A stretch of 49,828 nt of DNA, taken from the sequence record MT360682.2; one strand, given 5' to 3'. The notes below the pieces were generated by a model. The model worked only from the letters and a program-made list of their open reading frames with translations, searched no databases and was not told where the DNA came from. The translations under genes and the position numbers were made by a program. The DNA comes from Vibrio phage Vc1. This document shows, in pieces, positions 10,103 to 22,084 of the stretch (positions are counted from its first letter, which is position 1; each line of letters begins with the position of its first letter).

Positions 10103-13042
10103 ATGGCTGAACAATTCGCCGGATTGACGCTAGGCGTTGATATCAATCAGGTAAATAAAGCCGTTAAATCATTGCAGGAATTCAAGAAAGCAAATGATGA
10201 TGCGGCGAGCGGCGTTGAAAATTTTGAAGAAAGCCGGGCTACTGTTGCTCGTCAAACAAAACAAATGGCTGGCAACCTGAAAAAACAGGCAGAAGGGTAC
10301 GATCAGATAAAGGACGCAATTGATCCAACGTCTAAAAAAATGCGCGAGCTTATCAAGATCTCAAAAGACCTTGATAACTTATGGCAGAAGGGAGTTATTC
10401 CTGACAATGAATTTTTTGAATTAAGCGGAATCTTGGATACTCAGATCACTAAGCTTAATCTTTCAAAGAAAGCATTAACGGAAGAAGGCCGCGCAGCACT
10501 TGAGGAATCACGCGCAAAAGAGAGAGCGGCGACGGTTGGAAAAAACTTCCTTGCAGATCTGCAAGCACAAGCAAATGCGCTTGGGAAAACTAAATCCGAA
10601 TTGCTGGAAATGAAAGCGGCTCAATTAGGTGTTACAGCACAGGCCGCGCCATTCATCGCGCAACTGAAAGCGCAAGAGAAACAGCTGAAAATGACTGGAA
10701 TCAGCGCTGGTCAATACAACCAGGCGATGCGTATGCTTCCGGCTCAGATCACTGACGTTGTAACTTCTCTCGCTTCCGGTATGCCTGTATGGTTGGTTGC
10801 AATCCAGCAGGGCGGTCAGATTAAGGATTCTTTCGGCGGTATCGGTAATTCACTGCGAGCGCTTAAATCTTTGATTACACCTGCCAGACTTGGGATCGCT
10901 GGTATTGCTGGCGCGATGGGCGCACTTGTAAAGGCAAGTTGGGACGCTTACGCATCGCAGAGGGATTTAGAGAATGCGCTTATTCTGACTGGTAACATGG
11001 CGGATCTGAACGGCGACAAGTTTATTAATATGTCGCGCAGTATCGCAGAGGCTAACATGACAACAGTCGGAACTGCTCAGGAGGCGATACTTTCAATCGT
11101 CAAAACTGGCGAATTCTCAGCTAACCAGATCCAGAAAGTTGCAAAGTCAACGCAACAGCTTTCCTCTTTAACTGGTAAATCTATCGATGAGGCGGCTGGA
11201 GCATTTGAACGGCTAGCAGAAGATCCGATTGAAGGTCTGTTAAAACTCAATGATCAGGTTCGTTTCCTTGAGGATGGTCAGTTAACACTCATTGACTCAA
11301 TCAGGAAAACAGAAGGAGAGGCGGCGGCGCTAGACAAGGCTTTACAGCTTGCGGCGGAAGGGATGCAGAATGCGCATGATCAGATGATTGACTCTGCATT
11401 GCCGCTACAGAGAATGTGGATGAATATTAAAACGTGGGCTTCCGAGGCGTGGCAAACGGTAGGCATTTACACCAATACGGCTCTACTTGGAACCATTGAC
11501 ACGGTTAAGAATGTCATTGCGGCTATCAAGAATCTGATCTCACAGGCTGACGCAAGCATTTTCGGATTTATGGCTGATATGGCTGATCGAGTAAACAAGG
11601 TTAACGAAAACTTGGGGATCAGCTTCCGCATTGATGAAAATGGAGAATGGAGAAAGGGACAACAGGAGGCACTAAAAATTGCTCAGGAAACAGCCGGAGC
11701 ATATGACGGACTCGAAAAAACATGGGGAGAGTATGAAGCGGAGGTTAGAAAAGGCTATGAGGTTCAGAGGAATGAAAGCCCGGCTACTAACGCACAACTC
11801 AGAAAAGAGAAGAAAGCAATCCAGGATCGCAACAGGGAAGCAAGCAAGAAAACGCCAGCCTATCGAGTTGATGCGGGAACGAAAGCGCAAGAGCAATATC
11901 AGCGTGAAATTCTGTCATTGCAAACAGAGCTTAAAGTTTTGCAGGATCACAAAACTGTAAACGATAAGATCTCAGCGCAACGGAAACAGCTATTCACGAT
12001 TGAAGCGCAACACGCGATCTTGATTGAGGCATCCGAAAAACGCCAGTTAACGGAAGATGAGAAATCGTTGCTTGCCAACTATGACAAAACGCATGAGCTT
12101 GCAAAACAGAAAGCCGAGTTAGGCGATCAGATTGAAACTCAGAAGCGTTTGAATGCATTGCAGGACAAAGCGACTAAATTCATTCAAGAGCAGGACGCAG
12201 CACTGAAAGCGCTTGATGCTCAAAAGCAAGGAATGAGCGATAGAGATTTTCAGCGCGAACAGGCAAGGCAGAAATTGATCGCTGATTGGTTGTCTCAGGG
12301 TGGACAGGCTTCCGACGCAAGATTGCAGGAGCAGTTAAGCAAACTTAACGAGGTTTACGCTAAACAGGACGAATTAAGCATGAATGCCGTTGCAGGCATG
12401 AAAACAGCAATGTCTAACTGGCTGGAGTCTGCTACGGAAATGGGCGCTCAGTTTGGTAACGTCATGACGGCGGCGCTTGATGGTGTCAGTGATCAGTTTG
12501 TTGACCTGTTGAGCACTGGAAAAGCTAGCTTTAAAGATTTTGCAAACTCAATCATTAAGATGATTTTGCAGATCATAACTAAGCTGTCCATTGCTTACGC
12601 TATTCAAGCTGCCATGGGCTGGGTTGGTGCTGGTTCTGGCGGAGGGTTTGCCGGAGGGTTCCAGGGTGTAGGCTTTGCGACTGGCGGCTATACTGGCGAT
12701 GGTGGAAAATACGATCCGGCTGGTGTGGTTCACAAAGGAGAGTTTGTAATGACTAAGGAGGCAACAAAGCGGATCGGAGTTGATAACCTTTACAAGATGA
12801 TGAGGGGCTACGCAAACGGCGGTTATGTTGGCGGAGGCTCTCAGTCTGGCGGTGGAATGGTTATGAGCGGTTCAGCGCCATCTTTGAGCATTGGAAATAT
12901 TAGCGTTGACGTGAACAACGGTTCAGATCCGAAAGGGCTTACAAACGGCGTTAAGGCAATTGTAGCGGAAGAACTGAACAAGTGTTTCTCTCAGGGTGGG
13001 CGCGGTTATGAGTTTGTAATGGAGCGCACTAACAAGTACTAA
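10103..13042 (+). CDS. Tail tape measure protein
   Basis: 979-aa ORF, coiled-coil N-terminus, Gly-rich hydrophobic segment, largest tail gene. Confidence 0.9.
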   Translation: MAEQFAGLTLGVDINQVNKAVKSLQEFKKANDDAASGVENFEESRATVARQTKQMAGNLKKQAEGYDQIKDAIDPTSKKMRELIKISKDLDNLWQKGVIPDNEFFELSGILDTQITKLNLSKKALTEEGRAALEESRAKERAATVGKNFLADLQAQANALGKTKSELLEMKAAQLGVTAQAAPFIAQLKAQEKQLKMTGISAGQYNQAMRMLPAQITDVVTSLASGMPVWLVAIQQGGQIKDSFGGIGNSLRALKSLITPARLGIAGIAGAMGALVKASWDAYASQRDLENALILTGNMADLNGDKFINMSRSIAEANMTTVGTAQEAILSIVKTGEFSANQIQKVAKSTQQLSSLTGKSIDEAAGAFERLAEDPIEGLLKLNDQVRFLEDGQLTLIDSIRKTEGEAAALDKALQLAAEGMQNAHDQMIDSALPLQRMWMNIKTWASEAWQTVGIYTNTALLGTIDTVKNVIAAIKNLISQADASIFGFMADMADRVNKVNENLGISFRIDENGEWRKGQQEALKIAQETAGAYDGLEKTWGEYEAEVRKGYEVQRNESPATNAQLRKEKKAIQDRNREASKKTPAYRVDAGTKAQEQYQREILSLQTELKVLQDHKTVNDKISAQRKQLFTIEAQHAILIEASEKRQLTEDEKSLLANYDKTHELAKQKAELGDQIETQKRLNALQDKATKFIQEQDAALKALDAQKQGMSDRDFQREQARQKLIADWLSQGGQASDARLQEQLSKLNEVYAKQDELSMNAVAGMKTAMSNWLESATEMGAQFGNVMTAALDGVSDQFVDLLSTGKASFKDFANSIIKMILQIITKLSIAYAIQAAMGWVGAGSGGGFAGGFQGVGFATGGYTGDGGKYDPAGVVHKGEFVMTKEATKRIGVDNLYKMMRGYANGGYVGGGSQSGGGMVMSGSAPSLSIGNISVDVNNGSDPKGLTNGVKAIVAEELNKCFSQGGRGYEFVMERTNKY

Positions 13043-13068
13043 AAGCCCTACCAATGGGGCTTTTTTAA
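13041..13068 (+). terminator. Hairpin terminator-like AAAGCCC..GGGGCTTTTTT
   Basis: Direct reading. Confidence 0.6.
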
Positions 13069-13451
13069 TGGGGGTTACACTGATTGAAACTTTCAAATGG
13101 TGTACGCATTTGCAATCAAGCGGCGGTGGAATGGTAACTGAAAATGATATTAGATCGGTTTCTTTCGGATCCGGATATGAGCAGGTAGCAAGTTCTGGAT
13201 TTAATACCACACGACGAGAGTTTGCGATCGTATATGCTGGCCTTGACTACCGTGAAGTTTATAAATTCCTAAACTCTCATTTAACAAAGCCTTTTATATG
13301 GCAAACAACGCAAGGGGATTTAGGATTGTTTATTGTGAAGCAAAATTCCATTACAATGACTCCTATTAGTTCAACCGTTCAGGAAGTCAAAGCAACTTTC
13401 AGAGAACAGTTTACTTCCGCAGGTGTTCCACCAATTACGCGAGGTTTATAA
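13068..13451 (+). CDS. Lambda M-like minor tail protein
   Basis: ETFKWCTHLQSSGGGMV...VSFGSGYEQVASSGFN. Confidence 0.75.
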   Translation: MGVTLIETFKWCTHLQSSGGGMVTENDIRSVSFGSGYEQVASSGFNTTRREFAIVYAGLDYREVYKFLNSHLTKPFIWQTTQGDLGLFIVKQNSITMTPISSTVQEVKATFREQFTSAGVPPITRGL

Positions 13452-13452
13452 G

Positions 13453-14211
13453 ATGGCTTCATTTGAAAACTGTCTACAAAGTCTTTACCCCGGAGAAATA
13501 ATCACGCTAATCGAAGTCGATGCAACTCGTTTCGGCGGTCAGATTTACCGTATGCATTCAGAGAATGTTAAATACACGCCGGAGGAATTACTAGAGGCTC
13601 AATCAACCGGTGTATTTCCGCCGAAAGATATCGCTTTCCGTGGTAAAGTTTTTGGCGCTCGACCTTTCGGCATTTCTGGAATCGGCTTCACTGGCAACGG
13701 TAAAGCTGAAAAACCAAAGCTGACGCTATCGAATCTGGATAGCAGAATCAGCGCAATGATCCGATCCTATAACGGGATGATGCAAGCGAAGGTCACGATC
13801 TGGGTTACGGCTGCAGAATTGATGGATGATGCAGGAAACGTCGCCGATGGCGCTTACAGAAAGCTTATTTATTATGTTGAGCGTCCAAGCACGGTTAATA
13901 AAACGATCGCAGAGTTCGAGCTTACAAGCCCTTACGATATGGATGGAATTATGATTCCGGCGCGTATTACTCAGAGCGTTTGTTATTGGGCGCAAAGGAA
14001 TTGGTATCGAAGCGGGAAGGGTTGCGGGTATAATGGCAACCGTATGTTCGATAAAGACAACAAGCCAGTATCCGATCCGTCATTGGATTATTGCGCTGGA
14101 ACAGTTACGGCGTGTAAGTTGCGTTTCGGTGAAAATAACCCGCTTGATTTTGGCGGCGCGGCTGTTGCAAGCCTTGTAAGGAGAAATCAATATTGTTACA
14201 GGCAAAGATAA
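13453..14211 (+). CDS. Lambda L-like minor tail protein
   Basis: Cys-bearing C-terminus (CYWAQRNWYRSGKGCGYNGNRMFD...DYCAGTVTACKLRFG). Confidence 0.85.
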   Translation: MASFENCLQSLYPGEIITLIEVDATRFGGQIYRMHSENVKYTPEELLEAQSTGVFPPKDIAFRGKVFGARPFGISGIGFTGNGKAEKPKLTLSNLDSRISAMIRSYNGMMQAKVTIWVTAAELMDDAGNVADGAYRKLIYYVERPSTVNKTIAEFELTSPYDMDGIMIPARITQSVCYWAQRNWYRSGKGCGYNGNRMFDKDNKPVSDPSLDYCAGTVTACKLRFGENNPLDFGGAAVASLVRRNQYCYRQR

Positions 14212-14927
14212 AACTTGAAATCATGCGCCACACTCAGGAGGGTTTCCCTCTTGAGATTTGCGGAGTGGTAACGCAGAAGTCACGCGTTCAAAAATATCAC
14301 AGGATCACTAACGTGCATCCAGATCCAGAAAATCACTTTGAAATGGATGCATCAGAATACGCACAGGCGCTTGATAGCGGCGAGTTAATTGCGGTGGTAC
14401 ATTCACACCCCGGCGACGGTTGCACCACGTTACCGAGCGTGGCAGACAGCGCACAGTGTAATGAAATGGGTGTTGCGTGGGTTATCACTTCCTGTCCGGA
14501 AGGTGATTTGCGAATCGTACAACCGGAGCGCTTACCTCTGATCGGTCGCCCCCGGTCGCTGGGTTATCAAGATTGCTGGTCTTTGATAATGGCATTCCAT
14601 AAGGAATATGGTATCGAGTTAAATAATTACTCAGTACCATGCGAGTGGTGGAAGGATGGAACGGAGAGCATTTATGATGATAACTGGCAGCGTGAAGGTT
14701 TTATTGAAGTTAACCGCGATCCAATTTACGGCGATATGTGCATGTTTCAGCTACAGGCACCAGTGACGAACCACGCTGGAATATATTTAGGCAATAACGA
14801 GCTATTGCACCATATGAGCGGCAAGTTATCGCGCAAGGATATTTTTTCCGGATGGTATCAGGATCACATTGTTCGCATTGTTAGGCATAAAGATTTGCCG
14901 GAGGATTTGAAATGTCTGGACTTGTAA
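14193..14927 (+). CDS. Lambda K-like tail protein (JAB/Mov34 + NlpC/P60)
   Basis: E..P.EICG and HSHPG (JAB); YQDCWSLI and HAGIYLGNNELLHH (NlpC/P60). Confidence 0.85.
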   Translation: MLQAKIKLEIMRHTQEGFPLEICGVVTQKSRVQKYHRITNVHPDPENHFEMDASEYAQALDSGELIAVVHSHPGDGCTTLPSVADSAQCNEMGVAWVITSCPEGDLRIVQPERLPLIGRPRSLGYQDCWSLIMAFHKEYGIELNNYSVPCEWWKDGTESIYDDNWQREGFIEVNRDPIYGDMCMFQLQAPVTNHAGIYLGNNELLHHMSGKLSRKDIFSGWYQDHIVRIVRHKDLPEDLKCLDL

Positions 14928-15511
14928 AAATTAAACTTTCTGGATCTCTTGGGCGTAGATTTGGAGTCTTTCACGAAATGGCTGTTGCTTCATGGCCTGA
15001 ATGCATTAGAGCTATGTCAAGCCAGGTTGAAGGATTTAAGGCATTCTTTCAAAGCGAAGTTGGATCTAGAATGAAATATGCCATCTTCTGCGACGGAAAA
15101 AATATTTCAGTTAGTGATGATGAATCATGGAAGGCTGCTAAAGAGATCCGCATCATCCCCGTTCCGGCTGGTTCTAAATCTGGCGGGTTGTTTCAGATCG
15201 TATTGGGTGCTGTGATTATGGTTGCGGCGTTTTATACTGGAGGCGCATCGCTTGCGGCAATGGGCGCTCTCTCATCTTCTGCGTTTATGATGGGTGGCGC
15301 TATGGTTTTGGGCGGCGTAATGCAGATGATTAGCCCACAGGCAGGAGGCGCGAAGATGCAAGCTGGATCGGCAGAAAATAAACCGTCATACGCTTTCGGC
15401 GGCGCGGTTAATACAACTGCGGCAGGTTATCCGGTTCCGTTGCCTTATGGTGATCGGACTGTTGGCGGGGCTATATTCAGCGCGGGAAGTTACGCAGAGG
15501 ATAAAATTTAA
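14912..15511 (+). CDS. Lambda I-like tail assembly protein
   Basis: Position and VKIKLSGSLGRRFGVFHEMAV...GGLFQIVLGAVIMVAAFYTGG. Confidence 0.75.
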   Translation: MSGLVKIKLSGSLGRRFGVFHEMAVASWPECIRAMSSQVEGFKAFFQSEVGSRMKYAIFCDGKNISVSDDESWKAAKEIRIIPVPAGSKSGGLFQIVLGAVIMVAAFYTGGASLAAMGALSSSAFMMGGAMVLGGVMQMISPQAGGAKMQAGSAENKPSYAFGGAVNTTAAGYPVPLPYGDRTVGGAIFSAGSYAEDKI

Positions 15512-15584
15512 AACATCATGCCCCGTCTATGCGGGGCTTTTTTTTAACGTTATACTATGCGCTATAAACAACGGAGGAATAAAC

Positions 15585-18500
15585 ATGGTTAATAAATTAC
15601 CTGTTCCAGTCGGTGCGAAAGGCGGATCAAGCAAGCCTAAATCGCCTACTGAAATGGAAGATAACCTGATATCTATTGATAAGATTAGGGTTTTGCTTGC
15701 TGTTTCTGACGGTGAAGTTGATCCTGAATTTTCGTTAATGAACTTATATCTTGACGACGTTCCTGTTGAAAGTTCTGATGGAACAATAAACTATCCCGGC
15801 GTCAAGGCTGAGTTTAGGCCCGGAACTCAGTACCAGGATCACATTAAAGGATTCACCGATACCGCTAGCGAAATAACTTTAGGGAGTAGAATCACCACAA
15901 CAACGCCTTATGTTATTGCTGTAACAAATAAAACTCTTGATGCAATAAGAATTAAAATGATGATGGCGAGAGGCGTAAGGGTTGAAGATGATGGAGATCA
16001 GGTCGGCGTTAGCGTTGAATATGCGGTTGACATTGCTGTTGATGGTGGAGCGTATACTGAATACATGACTGATGTCATCGAAGGCAAAACAACAAGCGGC
16101 TACGACAGAAGCAGTCGCATTGATTTGCCAGCGTTCAATACCCAAGTTTTGTTGAGAATTCGCCGTATAACAGCAGATAGCCAATCCAGCAACGTTGTTG
16201 ATGGTATTCAGTTGCAAAGTTATGCCGAGGTTATAGATGCTAAATTCCGTTATCCTCTGACTGGTCTGGTTTATGTTGAATTTGATTCCGAATTATTCCC
16301 GAATCAGATCCCTAATATTTCCATCAAAAAGAAATGGAAGTTGATAAACGTTCCTGCTAACTACGATCCTATAACAAGGACATATTCAGGAACATGGAAC
16401 GGTTTATGGAAAAAGGCATGGTCGAATAATCCTGCTTTCGTTCTGTATGATTTGATTACCAATCAGCGTTACGGACTCGATCAACGCGAATTAGGTATTG
16501 AGATTGATAAGTGGAGCATTTACGAATGTGCGCAGTATTGTGATCAGATGGTTCCTAATGGGAAAGGAGGAACCGAACCGCGCTACCTTTGCGACGTTGT
16601 AATTCAATCCCGGGTTGAGGCGTATCAGCTTATCCGTGATATTTGCTCAATCTTCCGTGGCATGAGCTTTTGGAACGGCGAAAGCCTGTCAATCGTGATC
16701 GATAAGCCGCGCCAGCCGTCCTACATTTTCAGCAATGAAAACGTGATCGGCGGTGAGTTCACTTACACTTTCGCAAGCGAAAAGAGCATGTACACACAGT
16801 GCAACGTGACATTCGACGATGCGCAAAACTTTTACTCTCAGGATATTGAGGGCGTTTTTGATCCTGAAATGACTTTGCGGTTTGGTCACAATCCGACAGC
16901 AATCACAGCTATCGGATGCACACGCCGCAGCGAGGCTAACCGCCGAGGGCGCTGGGTTCTGAAAACCAACGTTCGAAGCACTACGGTAAACTTTGCTACT
17001 GGCCTTGAGGGTATGATCCCGACTATCGGCGACGTGATCATTGTTGCGGATAACTTCTGGTGCAGTGCGTTGACTATGAATCTTTCTGGTCGCGTGATGG
17101 AGGTTAGCGGGTTGCAGGTATTCTTACCGTTTAAGGTTGATGCGAGTCCCGGCGATCGCATTATCGTAAACAAGCCAGACGGCGCACCAGTAGGCCGCAC
17201 GATTGCCAGCGTAACGCCGGACGGAAAGACGATAACGATCAATACAACTTTCGGGTTTGACGTTCAGCCAGATTCAATCTTTGCCATTGAGCGCACAGAT
17301 TTAGCGCAGCAGCAGTATGTTGTTACCGAAATCAAGCGCGGTGACGGTGAGGAAGAATTTACGTACAGCATAACGGCTGTCGAATACGATCCGAACAAGT
17401 ACGACGAGATTGATTACGGCGTGAACATCGACGACCGACCGACTTCAATCGTGCAGCCTGACATTCTGCCAGCGCCGAAAAACGTTAAGGTTTCGAGCTA
17501 CAGCCGAATTGTTCAGGGAATGAGCGTTGAAACAATGCGCGTAACCCGGGATAAGGTAGAGTATGCAACGCTATACGAAATGCAGTGGCGTAAGGATAAT
17601 GGAAACTGGAACAACACGCCGCAGACGGCGAGCAAAGAAATGGAAGTTGAAGGTATTTACGCCGGAAACTATCACGTGAGGGTTCGTTCTGTTGCGTCGA
17701 ATGGTTCAAGTTCTGGATGGTCTGCGATCGTTAGTGTTCACCTTTCCGGCAAGGTTGGTGAGCCAAACGCACCGATTAACATGACCGCCACTGATAACGA
17801 GGTTTTTGGTATTCGCGTCAAGTGGGGTATGCCTGACGGCTCCGGTGATACTGCATACATTGAGTTGCACCGGGCACCAAACGGATCGGACGGACACCCG
17901 ATCGAAGATGAGGCAAGCTTGTTTACTCTTGTGCCGTACCCGCAACATGAGTACTGGCACAGCATTTTGCCAGCAGGACAAGTGATCTGGTACAAGGCGC
18001 GAGCCATTGACAGAATCGGAAACGTTTCAGCTTGGACTCCTTTTGTGCGCGGTATGTCTTCCGTTGATACAAGTATCATAACGGATCATATCAAGGTTGA
18101 TATTGAGAACTCAGAGGGGTATCAATTCCTGAAAGAAAACGCAGTAAACACAACTAACAAGGCACATGCAGCAGCAGAGGCTACCATTGAAAACGCATTA
18201 GCCAACGATAAAGATGTTCGAGTACAGCGAGTGAAGAACGGAAAGTTCACGGCGCAGATCAAAGAGTCTTTAAGACTTATCGCAGATGAGACAGAAGCGC
18301 GTGTTACTCAGGTGTCACAACTGGAAGCTGATTTTGACGGCAAAATTAACGCCCAAAACAGCGAATTGAGAGAGGTTATTGCGACTGGTGACGAAGCGTT
18401 AAGCCGTTCAATTGACGATCTTAGAGCGGAGATAGGAGACGATATTCAGGGGCAAATAACAGAGGTTAAGGAGGCTATAGTTACAGAAACAGAAGCGCGT

Positions 18501-18840
18501 GTTACGGCTGATACTGCGTTATCTACACGCATTGGTGACAATGAGGCGGCATTAAACCAGAAGCTTGATTCCCGGATTGATGCCGAGGGTGCTGGCGTGA
18601 TGTACGGCGTTAATCTTGGCCTGAAATACAACGGACAGGAATATAGCGCTGGGATGGCGTTGTCACTTGTTGGCGATGGCACTGGCGTGAAGTCGCAAAT
18701 GCTTTTCTCCGCCGATCGGTTTGCAATCATCAGCAACGCACAGGCTGGAGCGTTTACGCTTCCGTTTGTGGTTGAGAATAACCGGGTGTTTATCAACAGC
18801 CTGTTGGTTAAAGATGGAACCATCACAACGGCGAAGATTG
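15585..18840 (+). CDS. Lambda J-like tail tip / host specificity protein, 3' end displaced
   Basis: GAKGG..KSKPKSPTEMEDNLISIDKIRVLLAVSDGEV start, FNIII-like repeats; homology to the second J fragment stops at 18840, so the ORF tail to 19049 is junction-derived. Confidence 0.85.
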
Positions 18841-20460
18841 GTATTTTTGAACCTTATTTTTTGAGGCGTAATCTTGTTTGTATTTTTCAACAAAATATGA
18901 CACATCGCGGGTTAAGGTTTTGTAGTCCTCTGATGTTGCGAAGATCTGACTATCAAGCTCGGAAGAAAGCCCTTTCAATCCTGACAGGTCAAATTTACCC
19001 ACTGCATCAGGGATATATTTATAGATCTTCTCGCCAACGTCAACGATAAAATCAACAATAGCTTTGTCAGCCTGCGCAAGAGTTGATTTAATGATCCTGA
19101 TAACGCTTTGCACAACCTCAATCGTGCCATTTGAAACACCCCAAGTATAAGCGGAAACGGTAGACCATGCTTTACTAGCCCAATCCTGTATATCCATCCA
19201 CATTTTTGTAGTGGCGCGGCTGTATCGTAAAGCTCTTTCTGTTTCTGCGCGGCTCCTTCTGCTGCAAATTGTTGCGCGAGCAATCCAGCCTCATAATCTT
19301 TTCCGGCTCGGATTAATTCGCCAATCTGCTTAACCTGATCCACTGTGAAAATATTCATTTCCTTATTCATTTCACGCATTGCGTTTAATGGATCTGTTGC
19401 AAGTTTAGTAAACTTATCCGCTACCGCATGAAGACCATCGCCAGTTATTTTTAGAATACGCGGAAATGCCTTTAGTGATTGTCTCAGTTTCTTTCTGAGA
19501 TTCTGCGCCAGCTTTGATTGCTGCTGTGTTTGCATCCTTAGTTCTTGAAATTGAATCTCCAGTTGATTCCGGTACACGCTTTGACAGTTCTTCGAACTTT
19601 TGCCGTTAATATCGGCAACGTTACCAGTGAGAATTAGTGCCTTCTTAACGTCTCGCTGCGATGAATAGATATCCCATGAAGCCTTTACAACCAGGCCGAA
19701 AACAGCAGCAAGGCCAGCCAGGGGTGAACGCGCTGGAGTAATGAGTGATGGTAATGCGCGTAACGAGTTTCCGATTCCGCCGAAGAGTCTTTTATCTGAC
19801 CGCCCTGTTGGATTGCAACCTTCCATACAGGCTTACCAGACGCTAGGAAGTTACAACGTCTGTGATCTGCATAGGCAACTTGCGCATAGCCTGTGAATAC
19901 TGACCCGCAGTGATGCCAGTCTTTTTTAGCTGTTTTTCTTGATTTGTAAGCTGCGCGATGAATGGCGCGGCCTGTTTGACACTCAGGCTGTGCCGCTTTC
20001 TTTTCCAGCAGTTCGGCTTTAGTTTTCCCTAAAGCTGCCGCTTGAGATTCAGATCTGCCAGAAAGTTTTTCCCAGCCGTCGCCGCTCTTTCTTTTGCTCT
20101 TGATTCCGCAAGTGCTGCGCGTCCTTCTTCTGTTAACGCCTTTTTGAAAGTTTCTGCTTTGTGATCTGAGTGTCAGGGATTCCGCATAACTCAGAAATTC
20201 GCTGTCTGATAATTTTCCTTTGCTCCAAAGGTTATCTAACTGCTTAGTGAGTGCGGTTAATTCCTTCAGTTTCTTAGCAGTAGGATCAATAGCGTTTCTG
20301 ATATCTTCGAAACCTTGACGATGATCTTTAAGGCTCTGCGCCAGTTGTTTGGTTTGTCGTGCTACTGTAGCGGCTTTCTTCGAAATTTTCAGCGCCTTTA
20401 GCCGCTTGTTCAGTCGCTTTCCTGAAATCGCGTAATGATTTTACGGCTCTGTTTACCTGT
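18841..20460 (-). pseudogene. Degenerate, inverted second tape-measure-like gene fragment
   Basis: Minus-strand segments (MWMDIQDWASKAWSTV..., QQGGQIKDS-FGGIGNSLRAL..., LTEEGRAAL.ESRAKERAAT.GKNF) match TMP 10103-13042 but are broken into several frames. Confidence 0.85.
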
Positions 20461-20485
20461 TTTGCTGTTTTAGCAATTCGTGCTA
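20461..20485 (-). promoter_or_regulatory. Truncated copy of dispersed box (TAGCACGAATTGCTA) at the 5' end of the TMP fragment
   Basis: Exact dyad box; no -10-like hexamer at the expected distance. Confidence 0.7.
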
Positions 20486-20898
20486 TTGTTGTTTTTGTTC
20501 CTCATTGTTCACTAGATGGCACTCCGCACTTTTGAACACGTTTCGAAAACAAAAAGAACACTAAAAGCCATAGATAGTAATAACGGTGAATAACTAATAT
20601 TTCTATATAATACATACATTTAAGTAGTTTAATTATTTATATATATCTATATTTGTTCTTTCTTGTTTCTCTTGTTTCATTGGTATATTCATACCTGATT
20701 TGTTTTGTTGGTATCTATTGATTAATATTTAATCCGTTGTGGAATTTTGTAAAATAGTGTATATATATGGGGTGATCCGGCGTATCGAGAACAGAGAGAA
20801 CAGGAAAACGAACATAAAATCGATAATGACTTACGCCTGATTTTGTTGTCTTTTTCATTTTCGATTGTTATGAAAACAAAAATAACACAGAAAATTGA

Positions 20899-20926
20899 TT
20901 GACAACCCATAAGTACGATGTAGAAT
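20899..20926 (+). promoter_or_regulatory. Canonical sigma70-like promoter TTGACA-N16-TAGAAT for the recombination module
   Basis: Direct reading; followed by CAACGACAACAAAGGAG leader. Confidence 0.75.
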
Positions 20927-20957
20927 GTGCGTCAACGACAACAAAGGAGAGTCAAAC

Positions 20958-22013
20958 ATGAGCGAATTTAAGGTGTTCACACACGATCAGCTAACTAACG
21001 ATGAGTATCACGATCCGAAAAGCTGGGCGGCTGAGTACGTAAGCGGATCAAGCCTTGCTGAGATTTTTGATATTTGTCCGGCAGCATGGAAGTTTAAGCC
21101 ACGTGAGGAAACAAAAGCGCTTGTATTCGGTACGCAGTCACATACCAACTTTCAGAGCGAAGAGCTGTTTGAGGCGGAGTACAGACGAGCAACAGATCCA
21201 GACGAGGTAAAAAATCTCATCACAAGCCGGGCAGCGCTAGCCGCGAAATTGAAATCTTTTGGCCTGACTGGTACAAGCGGGAAAACTTATCCAGATCTGA
21301 TAAAAATGATGGTTGATTGTGGTGAAGATTTAAACGTTCTTTGGCTGATTGAAATGATCGAAGAATGCCGGGCCAGAGCCGATGGCGTGAAACTTGTTCC
21401 AGCAAAAGATTACGACGCTTGCGTTATGATGCGTCGAGTGCTGGAAGGAATACCGGAACACAACGCTTGCATGAATAGCCCAACAGCACAACGTGAGCTT
21501 TCAATTTTCGGCACTATCGGAGGCGTTAAGGTTAAGGTCAGATTGGATCACGTTGATGTTTTTAGTAACGTTACGATTAACGTTAAAACTGGCGTCGATC
21601 CTGATGGGTTCCCAATTTACGAATCCGTTACGTATCCAGAAGCCGTAGTTATCACTGACTACAAAACAACGGCAAGTGCTAACCCGAAAGAGTTTGCACG
21701 TTCAGCTTTCGATCACGGTTATTACTTGAAAATGGCGCTACAGCACGACTTGTTCAAACGGGCTTACCCGGGTGAGACACGCCCTGTTATCGTTCGACTG
21801 TTAGCGCAAGAGAAGAAAGAGCCTTATTTGCCGATCGCATTCCGCATGACGCCTGACCAATTAAAGATCGGTCGCTTGCAGTACATGACAGTGATCAACC
21901 AGTTTGCGGAGTGTCAGATTGTGGACAAATGGCCCGGGTATGCGAACAACGCGCCGGAAGTAGAGCTAGATACTCCGCCGTGGGTTCTTAACCAGTCTAA
22001 AGGTTTCCTGTAA
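20958..22013 (+). CDS. RecE/ExoVIII-like PD-(D/E)XK exonuclease (DUF3799-like)
   Basis: ITDYKTTASANPKEFARSAFDHGYYLKMALQHDLFK motif; next to ERF and SSB. ORF track starts at 20925; start at MSEFKV preferred. Confidence 0.75.
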   Translation: MSEFKVFTHDQLTNDEYHDPKSWAAEYVSGSSLAEIFDICPAAWKFKPREETKALVFGTQSHTNFQSEELFEAEYRRATDPDEVKNLITSRAALAAKLKSFGLTGTSGKTYPDLIKMMVDCGEDLNVLWLIEMIEECRARADGVKLVPAKDYDACVMMRRVLEGIPEHNACMNSPTAQRELSIFGTIGGVKVKVRLDHVDVFSNVTINVKTGVDPDGFPIYESVTYPEAVVITDYKTTASANPKEFARSAFDHGYYLKMALQHDLFKRAYPGETRPVIVRLLAQEKKEPYLPIAFRMTPDQLKIGRLQYMTVINQFAECQIVDKWPGYANNAPEVELDTPPWVLNQSKGFL

Positions 22014-22075
22014 TAGCACTAATTGCTAAACGTAATTTAAGGTTGGCTGTATAACTGCAGTCAACCAATCAAAGA
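22012..22075 (+). promoter_or_regulatory. Dispersed module copy: TAGCACTAATTGCTA .. TATAAC .. CAACCAATCA
   Basis: Box start 22014, -10-like 22050 (offset 36). Confidence 0.8.
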
Positions 22076-22084
22076 AGAAAGAAC

